NCBI GenBank assembly: GCA_963706575.1
Contig: CAVPNL010000001.1
Location: 160,001 to 224,000, forward strand
Direction of reading: 5' to 3'
Length of the DNA stretch: 64,000 bases
Source of the DNA: an uncultured delta proteobacterium
GTDB taxonomy: Bacteria; Desulfobacterota; Desulfobacteria; Desulfobacterales; JAHEIW01
The notes beneath the pieces were generated by a model that saw only the letters and a program-made list of their open reading frames with translations, did no database searches and was not told where the DNA came from. Of the stretch, positions 20,613-30,955 are shown in pieces. The position numbers and the translations under genes were made by a program. Numbering within the stretch: the stretch's first letter is position 1; every line of letters starts with the position of its first letter.

Positions 20613-20717
20613 GCATAACAACCAGCTGAAGCTGACAGGAAATAACCTCGTTGTTTTCGTTAAAGGTCGTGCAAGCTTCACATGCACTGGGCATGCAGCT
20701 TAGCCGTGACGTTTCCA
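20613..20717 (+). mobile_element. Integron attC site
   Basis: R'' GCATAAC, 5 nt, gct(g)aagctg pairing with cagcttagc, 6 nt, GTT at 20711; complementary TTATGC at 20169 upstream of the gene. Confidence 0.78.
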
Positions 20718-20733
20718 ACCTGTGATACCTCCA

Positions 20734-22567
20734 GAGACTGTCGAAAAAGGTATCAATTGAAGGTGGTTTTTCTATAAGATCTATAATTTTTTATCCCACT
20801 CAAAGCTCCAAACAATATCCCGCAAATATCGGCTATCCTTGTATTTTTTCGTTTGACAATGTCTAGTCCTATTGCTAGGTATAGATTAGTTTCTGATACA
20901 ACAACCAGGCAAATATGGAGTGGACAAATTAATGGCCAAATTTAAGCGTTATGATTATTCCCAAAAGGTTTTAATCCCGGTTTCATTAGAGGAGCAACTG
21001 GTGCCCGGCAGTTTGGAGTTTGCCATCCATATGCTCATTGAGACGCGCATGGACATGTCGGTATTTGAGGGCAACTACAAAAATGACGAGACAGGCCGCA
21101 GTGCCTATGATCCTAAGATTTTGTTAAAAGTGGTATTGTTGGCTTACGCGCGGGGGCTGATATCCTCGCGGCAAATTGAAAGGGCCTGCTGTGAGAACGT
21201 GACCTTTATGGCGCTGTCTGGCAACCAGCGGCCCGATCACAGTACCATTGCAACTTTTGTATCTTCGATGAAAGATCAGATATTGCCTTTGTTTTGCGAC
21301 ATTTTATTGGTCTGTGAGCAAGAAAACCTATTGGGCGGGACCTTTTTTGCCTTAGACGGGGTAAAGCTACCGGCTAACGCGTCCAAGGAGTGCAGCGGCA
21401 CGATAGCAGAACTAAAAAAGAAAAAGGACAAAATACAACAAAAAGTCAAGCGCCTATTAAAAGATCAGATTGATGCGGATAAAGATGACGATGATGATTT
21501 TCGCACTCCACCCAAAGTCGAGCAGCAAATTGAGAAGCTTAACAAGCAAGCCGATCGCATTGAAAAATGGCTCAAAAAAAATAATGCCAAGATCAGCTCA
21601 AATGGCAGAGAGCTCAAAAGCAATCTAACCGATAATGACTCGGCGTTAATGCTCACCTCCGGCGGCACCATCCAGGGCTACAATGGCCAGGCGCTGGTGG
21701 ATGACAAGCACCAGATTATCGTTCATGGACAAGCCTTTGGCAGCGGACAGGATGCCAAACATCTTGATCCCATGGTTGATGGGGCTAAAGCCAATCTGGA
21801 AAAAATCGGTCAGAGTGCAGATTATTTTAAAGGCAAGATTTTAACTGCTGATACCAATTACCATAATCAAAGCAATTTAAAAAAGTGCCACGATGAACAG
21901 CTTGATGCATATATACCGGATTTAAAATTTCGCAACCGCGATTCACGATTTGCTACCCGGCCAAGGAATAAACCCAAGAAGGGTAAAAAATTTGTATTAG
22001 AAGATTTTAAGCACAACAAAGCTGCCGATCACTATATTTGTCCCAATGGTAAGGTGCTCAAGCTAAACGTAAAGCGCCACACCACAGATCACAATATCTA
22101 CCGCCGCTATATGGCCGATGAAGCCGATTGCAGCCGCTGTTCATTAACGCATCGATGTTTTTATCGCAAAAATACAAAACGTCGTTCACTGGATGTTCCC
22201 ATCGGTGCAGCAAACACCAATTTTTCCAAAGCCATGCAGCACAAAGTTGATAGTGAGAAGGGACGCAAAATATATCCACAGCGCTTTGCCATTGTGGAGC
22301 CGGTTTTTGCCAATATTAAAACCCAAAAGCGCTTGAATCGATTTACGCTAAGAGGCAAGGTCAAAGCTAACATCCAATGGATGCTCTATTGCATGGTGCA
22401 TAATATCGAAAAGATCATGAACTTTGCCACGGCATAAGCGGGATTATCAGCTCCAGGGCATACAAGCGGCATAATAAAACTTACCAGCAGCCCAAAATAC
22501 GACTTTAGAAATGTTTGAAGTTTGGCGCAACAGATGGATGTTTAAAAACAACTTATTCAACAACTTC
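20734..22567 (+). mobile_element. IS1182-family insertion sequence
   Basis: Left IR gagactgtcgaaaaag; degenerate right IR cttattcaacaacttc (11/16 match); flanked by CCA on both sides. Confidence 0.75.
20920..22437 (+). CDS. IS1182-family DDE transposase
   Basis: GRSAYDP, SSRQIE, PDHSTI, DGVK, ADTNY, YICPNG, VEPVFANIK. Confidence 0.92.
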   Translation: MDKLMAKFKRYDYSQKVLIPVSLEEQLVPGSLEFAIHMLIETRMDMSVFEGNYKNDETGRSAYDPKILLKVVLLAYARGLISSRQIERACCENVTFMALSGNQRPDHSTIATFVSSMKDQILPLFCDILLVCEQENLLGGTFFALDGVKLPANASKECSGTIAELKKKKDKIQQKVKRLLKDQIDADKDDDDDFRTPPKVEQQIEKLNKQADRIEKWLKKNNAKISSNGRELKSNLTDNDSALMLTSGGTIQGYNGQALVDDKHQIIVHGQAFGSGQDAKHLDPMVDGAKANLEKIGQSADYFKGKILTADTNYHNQSNLKKCHDEQLDAYIPDLKFRNRDSRFATRPRNKPKKGKKFVLEDFKHNKAADHYICPNGKVLKLNVKRHTTDHNIYRRYMADEADCSRCSLTHRCFYRKNTKRRSLDVPIGAANTNFSKAMQHKVDSEKGRKIYPQRFAIVEPVFANIKTQKRLNRFTLRGKVKANIQWMLYCMVHNIEKIMNFATA

Positions 22568-22602
22568 CCAACATATCCACACTTTTGGTAGCCTGAAAAA
22601 CC

Positions 22603-22910
22603 TGTGATACTCGATTTTAATCACAACTCAGAAGGGTGAATCTGAACCTATAGATTTGCCCTTTTTATTGTCTCAAAGTCCCATTTTTCGGGCATGCAAT
22701 TTGACACCCGATTTAAAAATACGATACGGTGCAGATATCCATATCGTATCTGTAAAATTGCGATATTTGTGTTTCTCTCAATATACATGTAGTTTTGGCG
22801 AAGCCGTATTCTGACAAAATAATTTGAGTTTTCGAGAATTTAAATTTTTGTGATTACATCTACGTATCTGCAGTTTGAGGTAATTTGTGATATTTTTTGA
22901 TATCACAGGT
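22603..22910 (+). repeat. ~310-bp non-coding module, copy 2
   Basis: Direct repeat of 16112-16420. Confidence 0.92.
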
Positions 22911-23126
22911 CATGAAAAGCATAGTTTTCTGTCTATTATCTCAATAAAGACCAGTCCAGTGATATTTGGTTTTCTGGTATGGTATCCAAACCTGGATTAA
23001 CCTGTCTTGTTGGGTACAGGACTGCATATAATTTCTTTATCGATATCTATGTTATCAAACTATGGCATTGCACCTTTTCGGCTTTTAGCTGTTCAACACT
23101 TCATTCCAACCAAGATGTAGGGTGTT

Positions 23127-23714
23127 ATGAAAAAAAGCGTCGTATTATTAATCACCTTGTTGGTTTTAACGTTTGTGAGTTGTGCTTTGTCGAACAAATA
23201 TATGACCAAGGCAACGCCTCCAGAAGGCCCGACACCTGGTAAGGCATTGGTATTTTTCATGCAACCAAACTATCCCGGCTCTCTTTTCCTCCAATTTAAG
23301 ATTTGGGAAGAATATAAATTAATCGGAATTAGCCGGTTCAAAAGATACTTCTCCTTTGAGTGTGATCCGGGTAAACATTATTTCATATGCATTACACGAT
23401 ACCCACATACGGTGGTGGCTGATCTTGCGGCTAACAAAACGTACTTCATTTTAATTCAGTTAATGTTGGATCCCTGGCCCGGGCATCATAGCATGCAGTT
23501 TATCCCTGTGAAACGCGGGTCTGGATACTGGGATAAAGTTGATAGATACAAACAAAAACTCAAGTATGAAGTGTTTCAACAGGTCGCGGCAAACGAATTG
23601 GAAAGCGAAAGTCGAGAAGAAATAATAACAGAACTCCATGAATTTATCAGCTATGTCAAAACTCCTGAAGGTCAGAGCCGCCAAGAGAGGCTGGAAAAAG
23701 AAGATGGACGTTAG
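23127..23714 (+). CDS. Hypothetical lipoprotein
   Basis: MKK + hydrophobic stretch + FVSC lipobox; ECDPGKHYF. Confidence 0.75.
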   Translation: MKKSVVLLITLLVLTFVSCALSNKYMTKATPPEGPTPGKALVFFMQPNYPGSLFLQFKIWEEYKLIGISRFKRYFSFECDPGKHYFICITRYPHTVVADLAANKTYFILIQLMLDPWPGHHSMQFIPVKRGSGYWDKVDRYKQKLKYEVFQQVAANELESESREEIITELHEFISYVKTPEGQSRQERLEKEDGR

Positions 23715-23980
23715 GATTGATAATAAACGATCCTTCATGCTAGACGGCCAGCATCATTGTTACCGTACCTGTTTTAAGGTGAAACATCAAAATTGTTATT
23801 TAATTTTAAAAAGTGTTGATGTCTCGAACCGATTAAAAATTTGCTAACCACCGAGGTCTTGTATATTTCTGCAATAAACGGATGCTTTGAAAAGTGACGA
23901 TACTGCAGCTAATCGCAGATGAGCCGAAATCGCGATATCTATGATGATATCTGCAAAAAAATGTTCACTAAAAAAGCACT

Positions 23981-24243
23981 AATACTGTAAACTGATCACA
24001 TGAGAATCATCTTTTAGGTTTATGCCGTTTGGTGGTAAATAAAACTGCCTTTCAAAAGTTGTGTTCACTCCAACTAATCGCAACTGAGCCTAAATTGCAG
24101 ATATCAACTATAAAAACCAAGTATCTTGCATCCTCGTATTCTGAGATACTGTAAACTAATCACAAAAGAGCCATCTTTTAGACCCCTACGATTTATTGGT
24201 AATAAAATTAGCTTTCCAAAAGCTGCGATTACTCCAACATATC
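23981..24243 (+). repeat. Two copies of a ~99-bp site-bounded unit (23981-24079, 24145-24243); third diverged copy at 17178-17275
   Basis: Each begins (g/a)atactgtaaac..atca and ends ctccaac(ta/at)atc. Confidence 0.8.
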
Positions 24244-24608
24244 TAAGGTTTTGAATCATCAAAATTCTTGCGATATTCATTTTATATCACAGGTGCAATA
24301 ATCCGCTAATTCCGTTTCTTTTAAAGATTTCATATTATTGGATAGAATCCACACTTCGGCTGAAGTTTAGATGGCGACTATGAATTGAACATCGAAATAA
24401 TTTGTACCTTCCATCAACACACCTAATGAATTTTAACCCTTTCTATATCTTAAAATCGGAACGCATCCTACAACTAGATATCTTGCAAAATAGTGAAAAT
24501 TTGCTTACATTATAGAGTCGGACGTTTCGCGAACAATGGCAAGCGTGCAGCTATGAAGCAGCTTATGTATTGTATCCTAAACAGAATACTTTAGCGTAGG
24601 AGTTAATT

Positions 24609-24875
24609 ATGGCTGGTGGTTGGACCCGTGATGGGGGTGTTCAGGATCAAATAGACGCCAGTGTAGAAGACGCTGTAAAGTTGGCCAGGAGTCGGTTGCC
24701 GGATGGTGAGGGCTCAATCCATTGTGAGGAATGCGAGACGGTTATTCCAGAAGCGCGTCGCAAAGCAATCCCTGGAGTTCGTTTATGCGTCAGCTGCCAG
24801 TCGGAGCGTGAAGAGCGGCAGACAACTCCCACTGGTTTCAATCGGCGCGGCAGCAAAGATAGCCAGTTGAAGTGA
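24609..24875 (+). CDS. DksA/TraR C4 zinc-finger protein (YbiI-like)
   Basis: MAGGW..DG.VQDQID, CEEC..CVSC, NRRGSKDSQL. Confidence 0.9.
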   Translation: MAGGWTRDGGVQDQIDASVEDAVKLARSRLPDGEGSIHCEECETVIPEARRKAIPGVRLCVSCQSEREERQTTPTGFNRRGSKDSQLK

Positions 24876-24923
24876 GCAGTTGCTTTTGATTGAGTTTGAT
24901 GAAGACGGACATATGATCGGTTT

Positions 24924-25415
24924 TTAATAAAACGGAAATTTTTCCCAGAATTCCTTTTCGTCGTCCTGCCATTGGGAGCCGAACTTCTTTTCGAAAAAAC
25001 CGCCCATGCGGTCATACCAGCGGCCCCAGGTGCTTTTACCCTGTTCCTTAGCCTCGAAAACATCGTTTAAAAAAGAGGCGATGTTGACCATTTCTTCTTT
25101 GGGAAGATAGGAGGCGGCACCTTCTTTGAAAGATTTGACAATGTTCTCCGGGCTGAGGGCATGCGCGGTCAGCATGACCGCCGTGACACTTTTTTGATTG
25201 GCGATTTCCAGCAACTGATACCCCTCAACGCCCATGATATCCAGAATCGCCATATCGAAATATTCGGTTTCCAGATAGTCTTTGGCAGCTTTAAAATTTG
25301 ATGCTTTAACGGTTTCACACATGGGCAGCAGGTCTTCCAGGGTATCCAGTACATCCAGCTCGTCATCCACCAAAAGAATTCGTTTGCCTTCCAGCAAATC
25401 TTTTGCGGGCGTCAT
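24924..25415 (-). CDS. Stand-alone response regulator
   Basis: LLVDDE, ILDIMG, MLTAHA, YLPKE. Confidence 0.88.
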   Translation of the reverse strand: MTPAKDLLEGKRILLVDDELDVLDTLEDLLPMCETVKASNFKAAKDYLETEYFDMAILDIMGVEGYQLLEIANQKSVTAVMLTAHALSPENIVKSFKEGAASYLPKEEMVNIASFLNDVFEAKEQGKSTWGRWYDRMGGFFEKKFGSQWQDDEKEFWEKFPFY

Positions 25416-25514
25416 CGGGTCTCTCCATTTTTTAAAGGATTATTAGGCATAGATTCCATTACGTATTCTAATGCCTGTTTATTTAAAATCAAGAATAATA
25501 GAAGTCTTGAATCG

Positions 25515-27293
25515 TTATTCCACGAAAAGAGATACATTTTCGCCGGATTTCAGGTTTACCAATCCCTCCTCACAGATTCTCAGGTAGGGGATCGCGGAGC
25601 CGGTTAAAGTTGTCAGGGAAAGGACCGGGTCGGGGAAGGGGATGCCCTGTTTGTGCGCCGCCCGGGTGACTTTTTCAAATTGTTGAACAAGATCCTTCAT
25701 TCTCAGGTCCGAAATATTGCCGAAAATTGGCATCGGTAATTCTGCAAGAATTTTTCCATCTTCACAGACAACCGCACCGCCTTGCATGCTGTGGATGCGG
25801 TTGACGGCCGTCGCCATGTCACTGTCGTTGGTTCCGGCCACGATAATATCTGAAGTATCCCAGGCAGCGCTGCAGGCGAAGGCGCCGGCTTTTAAGCCGA
25901 ATCCTTTGACCAGCCCCGCAAATAGACGACCGGGGGTATGGGTTCGATCAATAGCTGCTATTTTGACAATATCCTTATTTAGATCAACAGTAATTTGCCC
26001 GTCGTTAACCGGCAGGCGCTCCTCGATTTCAGCGGTAACCAGATCGGTGACCATGTTCATCACGCGAACCTTTATGTTTTCGACATTTTCAGGTGCGCGG
26101 ATAACAAAATCCGAGGGTGTCAACTCGCGCGGCAGTTTAACACTGTTTAAACTATCGGCTGAAAAAGAATGCGATTGCGGAGCCGCCAGCAAATCTCCGT
26201 TTTGGGCGATAATCCGCCCGTTGCTGACGACCACCTGCGCAGCGATGGTGGTGTCATCCGGGATGATCACAAAATCGGCCAATCTCCCCGGCGCAATGCC
26301 GCCGATCAGATGGTCTAACGAAAAATGATCGGCCACATTCAGGGTGGCCATCTGAATGGCGTTGATCGGCTCGAATCCGTAATCAATTGCCTTTTGAACC
26401 AGGGCCTCCATATAGCCGTTTGCCATCAGGTCGGCCGGCGTTATGCCGTCGCTCACCAGAACCAATCGACGCAAATCAATGCCGTGGTCTTTGATTTTGG
26501 CGATTTCTTGCAGATCTTTGCGGACAGCACCCTCACGAACCATGACATGAAGCCCCAGCCGCAGTCGATCAAGGACCTGATCGGCATTGATGGGTTCATG
26601 GCAGGATGATATGCCGCTGGCGATATAGGCCGCCAGCTTTTTTTCGCTGGCACCGGCGGAATGCCCTTCGAGAGTCTTGCCGGCCCGCTGGGTTTGTTCG
26701 AATAAAGCCAAAAGCCAGTCGGGTTCCTGAAGCACAGCCTGCCAGTAGGATTCGCCCAGACCAACGATATCATCACGTTCAAGAAGCTTTTGCAGGTGTT
26801 CCCTTGAAATTCCCCGAGCCGCTTTGCTGATGGATATCGTTGCGGGGGCAGTCGACCATATTTTGACAGGCTGATTTTTAAACGATTCCAGAAGATCAAC
26901 GATTCCCGCGTATCCGGCAACCAGGAAAACCTCCAGGGTTTCCGTTACGATGGTGGTGGTACCGCCAGTAGCGGCGTATCTTAAAAACTCATCGACTTTA
27001 CACAGCCAGCCCAGGTGGGTGTGGCCGTCAATCAGACCGGGAATAACCGTCTGGCCTCTGGCGTCGATCACCTCGGTTTTGGGCCCGATCGTTTCGTCTG
27101 GATTTCGGCCGACATACGCAACCCATTTCCCTTTAATGCTGACGGCGCAATCATTGATAAACTCACCGGTGTAAACGTTTGCCAGGCGGGCATTCACCAC
27201 TGCCAGATCGGCCTTGTCCTGTCCCAGGGCGACTTTCATCAACGCTTGGGATTCACCGGTATTTTTTAAATAAGCGGATGTTGTTTTTGCCAC
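25515..27293 (-). CDS. Adenine deaminase family amidohydrolase
   Basis: PGLIDGHTH, EGH, SCHE, VREG, GIAPGRLAD. Confidence 0.85.
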   Translation of the reverse strand: MAKTTSAYLKNTGESQALMKVALGQDKADLAVVNARLANVYTGEFINDCAVSIKGKWVAYVGRNPDETIGPKTEVIDARGQTVIPGLIDGHTHLGWLCKVDEFLRYAATGGTTTIVTETLEVFLVAGYAGIVDLLESFKNQPVKIWSTAPATISISKAARGISREHLQKLLERDDIVGLGESYWQAVLQEPDWLLALFEQTQRAGKTLEGHSAGASEKKLAAYIASGISSCHEPINADQVLDRLRLGLHVMVREGAVRKDLQEIAKIKDHGIDLRRLVLVSDGITPADLMANGYMEALVQKAIDYGFEPINAIQMATLNVADHFSLDHLIGGIAPGRLADFVIIPDDTTIAAQVVVSNGRIIAQNGDLLAAPQSHSFSADSLNSVKLPRELTPSDFVIRAPENVENIKVRVMNMVTDLVTAEIEERLPVNDGQITVDLNKDIVKIAAIDRTHTPGRLFAGLVKGFGLKAGAFACSAAWDTSDIIVAGTNDSDMATAVNRIHSMQGGAVVCEDGKILAELPMPIFGNISDLRMKDLVQQFEKVTRAAHKQGIPFPDPVLSLTTLTGSAIPYLRICEEGLVNLKSGENVSLFVE

Positions 27294-27422
27294 TGTAAAA
27301 GCGATCCTTTCATTGCGGAATAATATGTCCTAAATTGAGCGTTTCAAGTTTTAAAAATGAATATTTTGTTTTATATTAAATGAATTCTGTCGATTTATAT
27401 ATTTTTAAAATTTGAAACCCCA

Positions 27423-27533
27423 CTGGGGATTGCCGATCTTACCGCATCTACGGCGTCAGATGCCGCTCCGCATAGTCAACTATAGCGAAACGACATCTGC
27501 CTTGTAGCTGCGGCAACCTCGACAATCGCTCAG
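27423..27533. repeat. Long imperfect palindromic element
   Basis: Arms gattgccga..ttaccgca.ctac / gtagctgcggcaa..tcgacaatc, centred on atagtcaactat. Confidence 0.7.
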
Positions 27534-27592
27534 CATAGGTATTTGTAATATCGTTTCTTAGCATCCATAAAAGAATTTTGGAAAGGAAAAAA

Positions 27593-29080
27593 ATGAACAT
27601 TGCTTCTATTTTAGAAAAATCGGCCTTTTATTTTCCGGATCACATTGCTGTTGTCGATAACGACAAGCGCATCCGCTTCAATCAATTTAATCGCGACGCC
27701 AGCCGGGTCGCTTCGGCCCTGCATGGCAGAGGGATCCGGCCCGGTGACCATGTGGCGTTGTGCGCTCCCAACTCATACGACTGGCTGGCTTTTTATTTTG
27801 GTGTACTCCGAGCCGGTGCGGTGGCGGTGACCTTTTCGCACCTGTTGACGAAAAATGAGCTGGCTAAAATTATGCTGGACTGCAAACCCAAGGCGCTGCT
27901 AGCCGCGGACCAAAAGCTGACGGATTTGAGTGAAATCCAAAAACCGGCCCGGCCCGGGCTGATTATCTCTGAAAATGGTGATATCTCATTTGATCGTTTG
28001 GCAGCCGAAGGAAGCCCCGGGTTTAAGATCGTCGATCGGCATCGGCAGGACACGGCCGCTATCCTGTACACGGGGGGGACCACCGGAATTCCCAAAGGTG
28101 CCATGCTGAGCCACGAAAATCTGCAGACCTCCACCTTTAATGTGGCGCATTATGAGCGTTCAACCGAAAATGACCGTTGCCTTTGCTTTTTACCCCTCAA
28201 TCATGTGTTTGGGCAGGTCCACATTACCCTTTCCACGGTTTACAGTGGTGGCGGTTTAATGATTCAACAGGCCTTTGATCTGGATGAAGCTGTTGCTGCC
28301 ATCGAACGCCATCAAATTACCAAATTTTACGCCGTGCCGACCATTTACATTCGATTGCTGGAATTGACGGACCTGTCAGAACGATTTAAATCCATTCGCT
28401 ATTGTTTTTCGGCAGCAGCCAGTATGGCTGCCGAGGTGGTCCGGGAGTGGAAGGCACGCACCGGCCTGGATATCCATGAATCCTATGGCATGACCGAAAG
28501 CGCTGCAATGGTAACGTATAATCATTACTACCGTCACGTGGTCGGTTCGGTCGGTATACCGGTTGATCTGGTGGAGGTGCAAATTAGGGATTTTGAGGGA
28601 ACGGTTTTAAAGCAGGGCGAAGCGGGTGAGATCTGTATCTGTGGGCCAAACATTACAAAGGGCTATTTGAACAATCCCACAGAAACCAAAGCCGCATTTT
28701 GGGGAAACTGGTTTCGCTCCGGGGATATCGGCTATTTTGATGAAGACGGTTATCTGTTTATCGTTGATCGCCTGAAGGATATGATTATCACCGGTGGCGA
28801 AAACGTTTATCCGCGAGAAGTTGAAGAGATACTGTATACCCGGCCTGAGGTTCAAGAATGCGCAGTAGTCGGGCTGCCGGACAAAGAATATGGCGAACGG
28901 GTTACCGCCTTTATTATCGCTCAAAAAGGCCAGAAACCGGATCCGGCTGAGCTTAAAGCCTATTTGAAGACGTGCCTCGCCGGTTTCAAGGTTCCCAAAG
29001 AATATATCGTAGTGGACGAGCTACCGAAAAACCCGGCCGGTAAACTGCTAAAACGCGAAATAAAGAAGCAGTTTACTTAA
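27593..29080 (+). CDS. Acyl-CoA synthetase (AMP-forming)
   Basis: YTGGTTGIPKG, YGMTE, SGD, GKLLK. Confidence 0.93.
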   Translation: MNIASILEKSAFYFPDHIAVVDNDKRIRFNQFNRDASRVASALHGRGIRPGDHVALCAPNSYDWLAFYFGVLRAGAVAVTFSHLLTKNELAKIMLDCKPKALLAADQKLTDLSEIQKPARPGLIISENGDISFDRLAAEGSPGFKIVDRHRQDTAAILYTGGTTGIPKGAMLSHENLQTSTFNVAHYERSTENDRCLCFLPLNHVFGQVHITLSTVYSGGGLMIQQAFDLDEAVAAIERHQITKFYAVPTIYIRLLELTDLSERFKSIRYCFSAAASMAAEVVREWKARTGLDIHESYGMTESAAMVTYNHYYRHVVGSVGIPVDLVEVQIRDFEGTVLKQGEAGEICICGPNITKGYLNNPTETKAAFWGNWFRSGDIGYFDEDGYLFIVDRLKDMIITGGENVYPREVEEILYTRPEVQECAVVGLPDKEYGERVTAFIIAQKGQKPDPAELKAYLKTCLAGFKVPKEYIVVDELPKNPAGKLLKREIKKQFT

Positions 29081-29115
29081 CCGTTGGCGACAATGCCAAC
29101 TGCGACTACAACTAT

Positions 29116-29212
29116 TTACCACAAGAGCTCACAGAGAATTTTTAAGAATTATACTGTAACAACAACAGCATACCAAACTCTATCTCTGTGGTCTCTGTGC
29201 ACTCTGTGGTAA
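29116..29212. repeat. Inverted short-period repeat element between convergent genes
   Basis: ttaccacaagagctcacagaga ... tctctgtggtctctgtgcactctgtggtaa. Confidence 0.65.
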
Positions 29213-29218
29213 GATTAT

Positions 29219-30310
29219 CTACGGTTCGCAGGTTACGTGGCAAATACCGGTCGGCGAATCAACGACATATGGAAAATATTTGCGCTTAAACCAGAGCGCC
29301 ACGTTTACCAGACTGATGAGCACCGGCACTTCCACCAGCGGGCCGATGACCGCTGCAAATGCCTGCCCCGAGTCAATCCCGAAAACCGCTACGGCCACCG
29401 CAATCGCCAATTCAAAATTGTTTGAAGCAGCTGTAAAACTCAAGGTGGTGGACTGTTCATATGTCGCCCCAACTTTCATGGATAAAACAAATGAAACAAA
29501 AAACATAATCACAAAATAGATGCACAGCGGGATGGCGATGCGGACTACATCGAAGGGCAGCTGAACAATATATTCACCCTTTAAAGAGAACATCACCACA
29601 ATGGTGAACAGCAATGCTATCAATGTGATCGGGCTTATTTTCGGGATAAATTTGTTCTCATACCATTCGATGCCCTTTGTTTTCAGCCCGATGATGCGGC
29701 TGATGATCCCGCCAATAAACGGGATACCCAGATAAATGAAGACACTTTCGGCGATCTGGCCGATGGAAATATCGACGACCGCTCCTTTAAGACCGATCCA
29801 TTGCGGCACCACCGTGATAAAGATATAGGCATAAACCGAAAAAAACAGAACCTGGAAAATCGAATTAAAGGCCACCAGTCCGGCACAGTACTCGCGATCT
29901 CCTGCAGCCAGATCATTCCAGACGATCACCATGGCGATGCAGCGCGCCAGGCCGATCAGAATCAGTCCCACCATGTATTCATGCTGGCCGGATAAAAATG
30001 TGATTGCCAGAAGAAACATTAAAATGGGGCCGATGACCCAGTTTTGCACCAATGACAGCAATAACACTTTTACGTTGCGAAACACCTGTCCGAGCTGTTC
30101 GTACTTAACCTTGGCCAGTGGCGGGTACATCATCAGGATCAAGCCGATGGCAATCGGAATATTGGTTGTCCCCACCTGGAAGGTGTTGATTATCTGACGA
30201 ATGTCCGGATAAAAATAGCCGCCGCCGACGCCGACAAACATGGCCAGAAATATCCACAGGGTTAAGAAGCGATCCAGAAATGAAAGCTTTTTTGCGGTTG
30301 AATCGGTCAT
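29219..30310 (-). CDS. acr3: Arsenite efflux permease Acr3
   Basis: [46 protein letters not shown]. Confidence 0.95.
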   Translation of the reverse strand: MTDSTAKKLSFLDRFLTLWIFLAMFVGVGGGYFYPDIRQIINTFQVGTTNIPIAIGLILMMYPPLAKVKYEQLGQVFRNVKVLLLSLVQNWVIGPILMFLLAITFLSGQHEYMVGLILIGLARCIAMVIVWNDLAAGDREYCAGLVAFNSIFQVLFFSVYAYIFITVVPQWIGLKGAVVDISIGQIAESVFIYLGIPFIGGIISRIIGLKTKGIEWYENKFIPKISPITLIALLFTIVVMFSLKGEYIVQLPFDVVRIAIPLCIYFVIMFFVSFVLSMKVGATYEQSTTLSFTAASNNFELAIAVAVAVFGIDSGQAFAAVIGPLVEVPVLISLVNVALWFKRKYFPYVVDSPTGICHVTCEP

Positions 30311-30341
30311 CAGAACATCTCCGTTGCTACATTTTTTACAT

Positions 30342-30854
30342 TTATTGATACTTTGCGGCGGCTGCGCTTAACAGCGCCTTGAGCTGTGGTTTTTTGGGCA
30401 TCGAGCCGATTGCCTTGACCTCGCCGTTGATGATTAGGGCAGGGGTGCCCGTTATCCCGTAATTTCCGATTTCGGCGGGATCGGTTACATGCTCGATATC
30501 GGCTACAAGATCCATTTCAGTCATCACCGTCATCAGGTCTTGTTCCACATCGTCACAACAGGGACAACCGCTGCCCAGAACCTTAATTTCCAGACCTTCC
30601 AGCTTGCTCCGTTCATAAGGCTTCCCGACAAATTTTTTATATTCCCGTAAAAAAGCCTGTTCGTAATCTGTCCGGCTATTTTCAGGTATGTAATTTAATC
30701 TGGACAACCGCCGAATCAGCTCATCGCTGACCTCATCATCCGATCTAGCGGCAAGCTCTCGGGAAACTTCCTCCAGAACATGCTTTAATCCAATAATGCC
30801 CATGCGGTGACGTCCAACTTTTATCTGGTTGACTTCATCTTTTTTCATGATCAT
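30342..30854 (-). CDS. Thioredoxin-like protein (MTH895 type) with N-terminal extension
   Basis: [19 protein letters not shown]. Confidence 0.82.
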   Translation of the reverse strand: MIMKKDEVNQIKVGRHRMGIIGLKHVLEEVSRELAARSDDEVSDELIRRLSRLNYIPENSRTDYEQAFLREYKKFVGKPYERSKLEGLEIKVLGSGCPCCDDVEQDLMTVMTEMDLVADIEHVTDPAEIGNYGITGTPALIINGEVKAIGSMPKKPQLKALLSAAAAKYQ

Positions 30855-30955
30855 TCGACTTTCTGTTCAGCGGTGGATTATTCCCGGGCGCGATCTTCTT
30901 ATATTTCCGGTTAAACAGTCATTTGGGGAAATCCCCGCGCGCCAGGATCGATCGA

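Larger units (their letters stand above)
13428..24288. repeat. Dispersed family of degenerate 16-19 bp inverted-repeat sites GATA-N(8-11)-(T/A)ATC, clustered in most intergenic gaps of the island
   Basis: 17-bp examples start at 13428, 14114, 14466, 16115, 16232, 16362, 17094, 17178, 17259, 17344, 18772, 22606, 22723, 22852, 23981, 24063, 24145, 24227, 24272; 16-19 bp variants at 16399, 17131, 17305, 18689, 18737, 22889, 23899, 23934. Confidence 0.8.

Noticed and set aside
13428..24288. CRISPR interpretation of the repeated sites
   Set aside because: Repeats are short and degenerate, spacing is irregular, spacers recur, and no cas genes are present.
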